DNA of 64,000 nt from Tubiluchus corallicola (taxonomy: Eukaryota > Animalia > Priapulida). This document shows positions 54,292 through 64,000 of the stretch, one piece after another. The notes beneath the pieces are model-generated. The model saw only the letters and a program-made list of their open reading frames with translations, was not told the DNA's origin and did no database searches. Every line of letters starts with the position of its first letter. The first letter of the stretch is position 1. The stretch covers positions 932,408-996,407 of the forward strand of contig JAQGDQ010002368.1 in NCBI GenBank assembly GCA_030141605.1. Direction: 5' to 3'. Position numbers and translations under genes: made by a program.

Positions 54292-57200
54292 GTGCTCACA
54301 GTCATCAAGGAAAACCCAAATATTTGCAAGCAAATTCACCTGCCAGCACAGAGTGGAAACTCAACAGTATTGACTGCAATGCGCAGAGGATACACTAGAG
54401 ACACCTATATAGACTTAGTCCATCATATTCGAAGTATTCTGCCAGGTAACTGTTATTGTCTGTTCATAGGTTATTGTGTTATGTTACAGTGTCTTAATGG
54501 CAGTGTGGTTTATCATATCACATTCACAGTATGCTGGCCTAAAATCTGGACTATTGTGTTTCTTTCACAAATTTGTTAAGTAATATTAATTTGCTGTTAT
54601 ATATGTTCTTATATTCATTTTTAATCATAATTAAAACATATTTTGTTGTGAAATAAATGAGTTACTAATAATAACTAATAATAATAAATAATAATTATTT
54701 AAATTCACCAGCCTAGAACAATAATGATAGTAAAGTGGTTAGTCATTTCTAAAACAACTTTTGATAATTTTTTCCACAAATTCTTTTCGTTTTTGCAGAA
54801 CAAAATGACTTTATAGGAAAAAAACATTTATTAAGTTTTAAACGAACCGTTAAAGAACTCGTATGTGTGTGTGTTACTTCTTAACATGGCTTCAAATTTT
54901 GTAATCGTATGTGTGTGTTACTTCTTAACATGGCTTCAAATTTTGTAATCGTATGTGTGTGTGTTACTTCTTAACATGGCTTCAAATTTTGTAATCGTAT
55001 GTGTGTGTTACTTCTTAACATGGCTTCAAATTTTGTAATCGTATGTGTGAGTTACTTCTTAACATGGCTTCAAATTTTGTAATCGTATGTGTGTGTTACT
55101 TCTTAACATGGCTTCAAATTTTGTAATCGTATGTGAGTGTTACTTCTTAACATGGCTTCAAATTTTCTAATGTCTTTTTCAGGTGTTTTTTTATCAAGTG
55201 ACTTCATCTGTGGTTTTTGTAACGAGACTGAAGAGGCTCACGAAGACACGCTGTCGCTTATTCGGCTAGTCAAATACAATTTTTGCTACATGTTTCCATT
55301 TAGTTTGAGAAAGGTGGGTGAAAAAATGAAGAAAAACAGAGAAATGTAGAGATTGGCTAGAAGTATGAAGTGTTTTACGGTTGCCAACACCCGACCACTT
55401 AAGTATGACTGACTCGTAGTGTCACTTGTTTGGCAACTCGTTATCTTAATTTAGTGTTTATGAATTTATTTAAAAGCACTGATTAGCAGGGCCTATTTCA
55501 TGGGGCGGGGGAGTGGGGATACTTCCCTGGGCCCTCACCCTCCAGGGGGGCCTCACACCAAGGTAACATTTTTTTCTTTATGCGAACATACTGCCTCTTC
55601 TCTCTCTCTTGCCGCACGCGCGCCGTTTGCCAGTATTGACAAGTATTAAGGACTGGTCTTGAGAATAAAGCAGTTTTTCTTTCAACTGTTCTTTCCTTTA
55701 ACAACTGTATAACTCCATATTTTCTCTTCGAAAAAAATGCTTCTCCGGCGTTCTAGCAGTTCAAAAATTTTCTGCACGCCAACCATGATGGCACCCATGC
55801 CCCGGCGCTTCATGCCACCCCCCCCCCCCCAAGGGGGCCTCACATGCCCCACTTCCCCGGGCCTAGCTTAGGCTGAAATAGGCCCTGCTGATTGGCACCG
55901 ATTTGTGATGAAGATCGGGTGAGAAAAATGTGAGCAGAATTTCAAAGATTATTGTACAGGCATTACAGACATTTTCAGTTTTAATATTTTCTTGTAGAAG
56001 ACTCATGCATATCACAAGCTAGAAGACAACGTGCCGCAACACGTCAAGGTTCGTCGGATGCAGGAAATTCTTGATTGTTTTCGACAAGAAGCAGAGAAGT
56101 TGAATGCGCAGCTTGTTGGCTCTGAACAGCTGGTGTTAATTGAAGGAGTAAGTTGATTTTAGTAGGTGATTCAAAAAAAAATAAGAAAAACAAACCGTGG
56201 CTGCCTTAACCTAGAATGACCCAGAATTCTTTCATACATTAGCTTTATTCATTTTTTATTTTACGTAGTTAGTTAGTTAGCTAGTTATATTAGTTAGTTA
56301 GTCAGTCAGTTAGTCAGTTACTGTATATAGTTATGTACAAGTCGAATTTTTGGGAGGCGATTTTAAGGTGAAATTTTTGGGGTCGACTTATACTTACGAT
56401 ATGTTTTTTGACTTGTACCACCACTTTGCATTAGTTTACCCAGTTGCTGTGGTTGTGACTTGTACCACCACTTTGCATTAGTTTACTGTGATACACGCGT
56501 ATAGTGTGCTATTTTAAAATGTGCTGATGAAGTCTGTTGTTCTTTTACCAGACAAGTAAACGATCACAACAAGATTTATTCGGCAGAAATGACGGCGGTA
56601 CTAAAGTCATTGTACCTGACGTTGAGGTGCCCCTAGGAGTTTCCACTGAAATTCACAAACGACTAAAACCAGGAGATTATGTTGTAGTGCACGTAAGTGT
56701 TTTGTGAAATTTTTGTTGACAGTTAAGTAACATTAAACCTGTTCTGTTCTGAGCTAGAGAAACAGAGTTAATATTCATCTCTTGCTTACTGTTGAAGTTT
56801 GAACTTGTATCAGTAATTTATTGTTAAAAACTTGAACTTAAAAATTATTACTAAGAGTTGAAACTTTTCCCACTTAAACATTATCAGTGTTTTTGATCAA
56901 GCAGAAGACCTTTTATGGCATTTCATTAAAAAAAGAGCTTACATGTACCTCGCATAGGATATGAGAAAGAGCTTACATGTACCTCACATAGGATATGAGA
57001 AAGAGCTTACATGTACCTCGCATAGGATATGAGAAAGAGCTTACATGTACCTCGCATAGGATATGAGAAAGTGCTTACATGTACCTCGCATAGGATATGA
57101 GAAAGAGCTTACATGTACCTCGCATAGGATATGAGAAAGAGCTTACATGTACCTCGCATAGGATATGAGAAAGAGCTTACATGTACCTCACATAGGATAT

Positions 57201-58588
57201 GAGAAAGAGCTTACATGTACCTCGCATAGGATATGAGAAAGAGCTTACATGTACCTCGCATAGGATATGAGAAAGAGCTTACATGTACCTCGCATAGGAT
57301 ATGAGAAAGAGCTTACATGTACCTCACATAGGATATGAGAAAGAGCTTACATGTACCTCACATAGGATATGAGAAAGAGCTTACATGTACCTCACATAGG
57401 ATATGAGAAAGATCTTACATGTACCTCACATAGGATATGAGAAAGAGCTTACATGTACCTCGTGTAGTATATGAGAAAGAGCTTACATGTACCTCGCATA
57501 GGATATGAGAAAGAGCTTACATGTACCTCACATAGGATATGAGAAAGAGCTTACATGTACCTCACATAGGATATGAGAAAGAGCTTACATGTACCTCGTG
57601 TAGGATATGAGAAAGAGCTTACATGTACCTCGTGTAGTATATGAGAAAGAGCTTACATGTACCTCGCATAGGATATGAGAAAGAGCTTACATGTACCTCA
57701 CATAGGATATGAGAAAGAGCTTACATGTACCTCGCATAGGATATGAGAAAGAGCTTACATGTACCTCACATAGGATATGAGAAAGAGCTTACATGTACCT
57801 CGCATAGGATATGAGAAAGAGCTTACATGTACCTCACATAGGATATGAGAAAGAGCTTACATGTACCTCGTGTAGGATATGAGAAAGAGCTTACATGTAC
57901 CTCGCATAGGATATGAGAAAGAGCTTACATGTACCTCGCATAGGATATGAGAAAGAGCTTACATGTACCTCGTGTAGTATATGAGAAAGAGCTTACATGT
58001 ACCTTGTGTAGTATATGAGAAAGAGCTTACATGTACCTCTTGTAGTATATGAGAAAGAGCTTACATGTACCTCACATAGGATATGAGACACTCTAAATAT
58101 CGAGATTACTTTTTCAAAATAACTGGCACTGAAGACCTAAATAAAATCAACATTACAGTATTCATCTGATGGTTTAAGTCTGTGTGCATCTACACTAATA
58201 CTACAATTTTGTTCTGAATTGCATAAAGAAAGAACCAAGATGTTACTTGTATGTATGTACAAATGCTGGTTTATCCATTGAGACCAAGAAATCTCTAAAA
58301 TTGCATTGTGAATTTATAGCCTTGTTTTGAAGCACCTAACTCTGTAATGTGATTCCTTATTTAAAGTGTTTGTAAGGAAAACATGGAAGCTGGAGACATT
58401 TTTTGTCTGGCTACATTTACAACAATTTGTAATGAAAACTGTTACATTTGCAGGTGAATTCGTCTACATCACAGGTACTGAAAGCAACACCTATGTTTCA
58501 CACGACTTTGCAGGATTATTCAAGACAAAGCTATTGCAAGGAGATCTATGCATCCTATCAAACCTACATGAAGAGTAGCATTCGGTGA
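54292..58588 (+). CDS. CDK5RAP1: CDK5RAP1 (MiaB-family mitochondrial tRNA methylthiotransferase), last five exons only (236 aa: end of radical-SAM domain plus TRAM domain)
   Basis: Exons 54292-54445 ([39 protein letters not shown]), 55183-55313 ([30 protein letters not shown]), 55998-56147 ([27 protein letters not shown]), 56552-56692 ([31 protein letters not shown]) and 58454-58588 ([16 protein letters not shown]). All GT-AG and in frame. Confidence 0.93.
54860..55167 (+). repeat. 44-46-bp minisatellite, 7 copies, abutting a splice acceptor
   Basis: Unit cgtat(gt)n-tacttcttaacatggcttcaaattttgtaat starts at 54860, 54906, 54950, 54996, 55040, 55084 and 55128. Confidence 0.95.
55487..55887. 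mobile_element. hAT-type MITE
   Basis: Perfect 14-bp TIR CAGGGCCTATTTCA / TGAAATAGGCCCTG; 8-bp TSD ctgattag / ctgattgg. Confidence 0.85.
56932..58087 (+). repeat. 34-bp minisatellite, about 34 copies, in the last CDK5RAP1 intron
   Basis: Unit aaagagcttacatgtacctcgcataggatatgag, head-to-tail with no spacers. Variants cgca, caca and cgtg. Confidence 0.97.
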
Positions 58589-58970
58589 CATTACGTCGGA
58601 CTAGATCTGCAATAGCATAGCTGGTCTAATCTTTAATCTTTCAAGAATCTAGACAAAATTGCTTATGGTCACAATCAAAGGTTGATAAAATAGTTAATAT
58701 AAAATTAGTGTCCATCTTTGTCTCTGAAGGTGCCTAAAGTAGATTCACATTTTTTAGTCATCTTAAATATCGAAATTTCTTAAATTGTATAATTTCCTGA
58801 CAGATCTGCCATTTTTAAATTCGTCTGTATCATTTGAATTGAGCTGTTCGATCATTAAACTGAATTGGTTTTTGGATTTTCAAAATCAATGACAAAAAGT
58901 GACAAAATGTGGCTAATTATTATGATTACATGTACAATATTGATATAATTATTAAATAAAAACTTAATTT

Positions 58971-58974
<4 letters not shown>

Positions 58975-59011
<37 letters not shown>
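58975..59011 (+). repeat. (TA)n microsatellite
   Basis: Read directly. Confidence 0.9.
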
Positions 59012-59013
<2 letters not shown>

Positions 59014-59670
59014 TGATATAATTTTCATGCCTTGCAAAATTTATTGCAGGTATTGGTGCTGTATGAAGTGTCTATTGCATTTTAGAAAATAATCTACAAA
59101 TGTTCAGTAATGCAATTACACATTGAGGTGCAAAATATATTTCTTGTGCGTAACTTATACTTAAAAAAGACATAAAACAGATTACTTCTGTAAGCATTAC
59201 ATTTTAATATGTTATATCACAAGTAAAACAAGTAACATTTAGTTTCCATGTTAATTGTTGTAATTACACACCCCTGTCAGAATTTTTAATAGTAGTGACT
59301 ATAATTTGCATAATATATCATGGTGCTTTTTAATTTTTAAATAACAGTATATAATGACGTAAAAATAGTTTCATTTCAACTGATGTTTTCATCCATTTGT
59401 TAACTGCTATCACCACAGATAATTTACTATAATTATTAATTAACAGATTTACTGAAATCTGAGTCGAGTCACAACTGTTACCACAGACTATGCTTAATAT
59501 CAAACCCGGTTAACGTCTATTTACAAAGACCTTTGAAAGTAATATTTAAAATCATGCAAATTTGAACATCTGCAAATTCACAAGTTAACAAAGTTTCACC
59601 AATGTGTCGTGACATTAGTAGCGAAAGCAACGCAGTAAATTCTACAAAACTAGATTTTGTATAATCATAT

Positions 59671-60133
59671 CAGTGGAGGCTTGTGTATAGGCACTACGGA
59701 ACTGCAGCAGCCCCTGTTTTCACTCGATATTAGTGATAACATTCAACATAATGTGTCTTTCTTTCTTTATTTCTTTCTTTATATTTGTACATTATATAAT
59801 TCTTAAGTCTAATGTAAGTAGCCATTTCCTAGTCCATGGAAAAATTACAAAATCCTTGTTCGGAACTGTGTGCTTCATAGTTCCAGCGACGTGGTGTTTG
59901 GCCGTTCTGTGCATGCGGGCATGAGAACATGCCTGAGATAAGAAGCCGCACGCTAAGTAGAGAAAGCACTGTCTCTCATGCAGTGCCGACCCTGTTGTGC
60001 AAGTGTAAGGTAGTGTTTCTTTTTGACTAAATTTTGTTTTTATATGTTTGTCTCATTTTACACAGTATTAAAACATTGGTTAAAAATTTTCTGAAGCAGC
60101 GTCCACAACAATTTTAACTACAAGCCTCTACTG
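59671..60133. mobile_element. MITE with CAGT termini
   Basis: 14-bp TIR CAGTGGAGGCTTGT / ACAAGCCTCTACTG (1 mismatch); TSD not recognisable. Confidence 0.65.
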
Positions 60134-60328
60134 AACAGCATTGTATTCATTAACAATCAGTAAGCCTAACAATTAACTCAACCAAATATAAAATTCCAGC
60201 AAGAAATTCAGTTACATTCAGTTAAAACGGCACATTTTAAAATTATTTACTGCGAACATTAATTACTACAGTCTCCACTCATATGTTATTGTAGGTGAGA
60301 TTGAAAATTTTTTACATATAATTTACAG

Positions 60329-60696
60329 CAGGAGTGTCCAACATACGGCCCGCGGGCCAGAATCCGGCCCGCCATGCGTTTCTATCCGGCCCGCAAAGTT
60401 TCTCTTATTTGGTCAAAATTTAATAGACAGCTGCACTTGTGACCCAACTATCAGATTTGCCGGTCGTCAACAATCCATGAAGGTCACAGTCATTAACAAA
60501 CAAAAGCAGTGCCAGATTTCACATTAAACTGATCAAAAGCATGAACTTACAAGACTGTCTCTTCTAGCTTAAATGTAACATAAAATGTATTTTGTGCTTC
60601 ATTGTCTTTTTGTGGTTGTGAAATTGCTAATCCGGCCCGCAACTACTTTGAAGGTTGTACACTTGGCCCTCAGTTCAAAAAGGTTGGACACCCCTG
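60329..60696. mobile_element. hAT-Charlie (MER58-like) MITE
   Basis: TIR CAGGAGTGTCCAAC / GTTGGACACCCCTG, subterminal CGGCCCGCGGGCC and ATCCGGCCCGC motifs, perfect 8-bp TSD ATTTACAG (60321-60328 and 60697-60704). Confidence 0.92.
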
Positions 60697-61326
60697 ATTT
60701 ACAGGTATGTGATTTTCAATTCTACTGTTGGCTACAAGTAACTTTGAAAAGCTCAAGTAGACTAAAAAAATGTAAAAATATTTTACATACAGATTTAATG
60801 CCACCCTTGACACTTATGTAAAAAATAGTTTAGTGAAAACAACTTACATATCTATGTTTTTCGTTGCTGTTCCTCATTATTATACAGTTATGCTTAATAT
60901 TGACCATTTACACATTCAAATAACCTGTAAAACTTTACTTAAGGAAGATGTTATCTGCTTCACTCAAATTTGTGCATGAAAAAACCTAAAAAGCTACTGT
61001 AAATAGCTACAATAGCTACTAAAAGTACCACAAATACAGTTACATAAATAATATAGGGAAATAGAAAGAAATTGCAAAAAAACTATAGTAATTAACTTCA
61101 TTAATTTTAGGTGTAAAATAAGATGCAGGCATAATAATAGTACAGATGAAACTTAAAAGCCACTATCATGTCGTCATAGTGACATAGAGAGGAAAAGACA
61201 AGAGTGTAATGCAGGTTAACAGGTCAGTCAATTACTAAAAATTGTAATTTGCATTATTTTTTGCTTAATCTAGCTCAGTTTTTAACTTTTCAAGTAAAAC
61301 ATGATAGCTGACTTAATACTCATGAA

Positions 61327-61935
61327 TGTGTATATCATTCTAAGCTATTTACTTTATAGATAACATTTTATCTAAAACTATTTGCCAAATAGCTAGCTAC
61401 AATGTATATCTTCACAAACAGTAACTTTGTGTATATCATTCTAAGCGATTTACTTTATAGATAACATTTTAGCTAAAACTATTTGTCAAATAGCTAGCTA
61501 CAATGTATATCTTCACAAACAATAACTTTTGTGTATATCATTCTAAGCTATTTACTTTATAGATAACATTTTAGCTAAAACTATTTGCGAAATAGCTAGC
61601 TATAATGTATATCTTCACAAACAATAACTTTTGTGTATATCATTCTAAGCTATTTACTTTATAGATAACATTTTAGCTAAAACTATTTGCGAAATAGCTA
61701 GCTACAATGTATATCTTCACAAACAATAACTTTTGTGTATATCATTCTAAGCTATTTACTTTATAGATAACATTTTAGCTAAAACTATTTGCGAAATAGC
61801 TAGCTACAATGTTTATCTTCACAAACAATAACTTTGTGTATATCATTCTAAGCTATTTACTTTATAGATAACATTTTAGCTAAAACTATTTGCGAAATAG
61901 CTAGCTACAATGTATATCTTCACAAACAATAACTT
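61327..61935 (+). repeat. 101-102-bp tandem repeat, 6 copies
   Basis: Unit tgtgtatatcattctaagctatttactttatagataacattttagctaaaactatttgcgaaatagctagctacaatgtatatcttcacaaacaataacttt, located between the convergent CDK5RAP1 and TDH genes. Confidence 0.95.
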
Positions 61936-62845
61936 ATACAAAAAAATGTAAAACAAAATTAAAGTAAAATAAATGCAACAAGAGAGGGAGCAAACAAAAA
62001 CTGAAAATAGCTAAATTATAGCTACAGTAAATCTATAACAATAATTAAGTCCCTAAGAACTTTTAAAAATGAGTTTACTGAATAATTTAAATGCAAGATT
62101 TTTTATAAATTATTTACATACCTATAACACGAAATTAAATACTAGAAGTATTTATTTCTGATATGCAACAGTAAACTATCCTATCATTGTAAAGAATTTT
62201 TTGGAATGTTTTTCTATCACAAGTAAGAGATTCTATCACACATTATTATTATTATTATTATGAAAAATTTATAGCAGCTAATAGCTACAATCTATTAATA
62301 TTTCGTTTTGATATATCCTCAGCTCATCCTATTTAAAACAATTTCAGTATTTAAACTCTGTAAAGATAGGAGTAGAGCTGACACACAATACATTGGAGTA
62401 GTTTTGTTGAGACTCAAAAAGCTTGAGATAATGACTGACAAGCACCAGTCTTCTGATAAGAAGCCAGAAACGGGTCAAGAAGCCAGACTAATACTGGTTT
62501 TGCCAACCTAACAAATGAATGCATAGAAATTCGTGTGGGAAATTTGTAGCAGACAACTTAACTGCTTCACAGTCAATTTCCCTAAGAAATGTCTGACAAA
62601 CACATTTTCCAATAGTAAATAATAAACTAGATGCAGTATTCGTGTTGTTTCAAAATTGAGACTGTTTAAATCACTATGTTTATACCACTTAAAAAACGTA
62701 TAAAGAACATTATAAATTACAATATTAAAAAAAGCATTTAAATACCTACTGAAACTCTTCCCAAAAAGTCAAGTTGCAGAAATATGATTAGAAAGTGTGC
62801 CAGCTGTGTTACTGCTCTGCTTAGGCAAGCTTGCTTAAAAAATAT

Positions 62846-63982
<1,137 letters not shown>

Positions 63983-64000
63983 CTATATAGTAAGTTCCTT

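Noticed and set aside
54499-54520. miR-34-like word TGGCAGTGTGGTT (also TGGCAGTGTCTT near 52309)
   Set aside because: Only 12-13 nt match, the 3' half differs and no precursor hairpin is evident.
54106-54579. 157-aa ORF as a stand-alone gene
   Set aside because: Only 54292-54445 is CDK5RAP1-like; the flanks are AT-rich intron sequence open by chance.
56932-58087. CRISPR-like array (34-bp unit with internal palindrome)
   Set aside because: Units are head-to-tail with no unique spacers, there are no cas genes, and it lies in a eukaryotic intron.

Overview
AT-rich animal (invertebrate-type) genomic DNA with GT-AG spliceosomal introns; not prokaryotic. Left to right: (1) the 5' four coding exons of a SWEET/SLC50A1 sugar transporter (minus strand, runs off the left edge); (2) a transposon-filled divergent promoter region; (3) ten plus-strand exons of an ACL4-like TPR protein (assembly chaperone of RPL4) ending at an open phase-0 donor with no terminal exon that I could find; (4) an antisense single-coding-exon LRR transmembrane receptor gene followed by about 31 kb of CpG-richer non-coding DNA with decayed LINEs, MITEs and microsatellites; (5) only the last five exons of CDK5RAP1 (MiaB-type mitochondrial tRNA methylthiotransferase), starting at a phase-0 acceptor, with no 5' exons visible; (6) an intronless L-threonine 3-dehydrogenase (minus). 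The main anomaly is that the tail-less ACL4-like gene and the head-less CDK5RAP1 are on the same strand and splice-compatible in frame across a 36.5-kb interval that contains the LRR gene. This could be a chimeric TPR-TRAM gene, split or interleaved genes, or a deletion or misassembly. All exon calls were made by hand translation; no database search was run.
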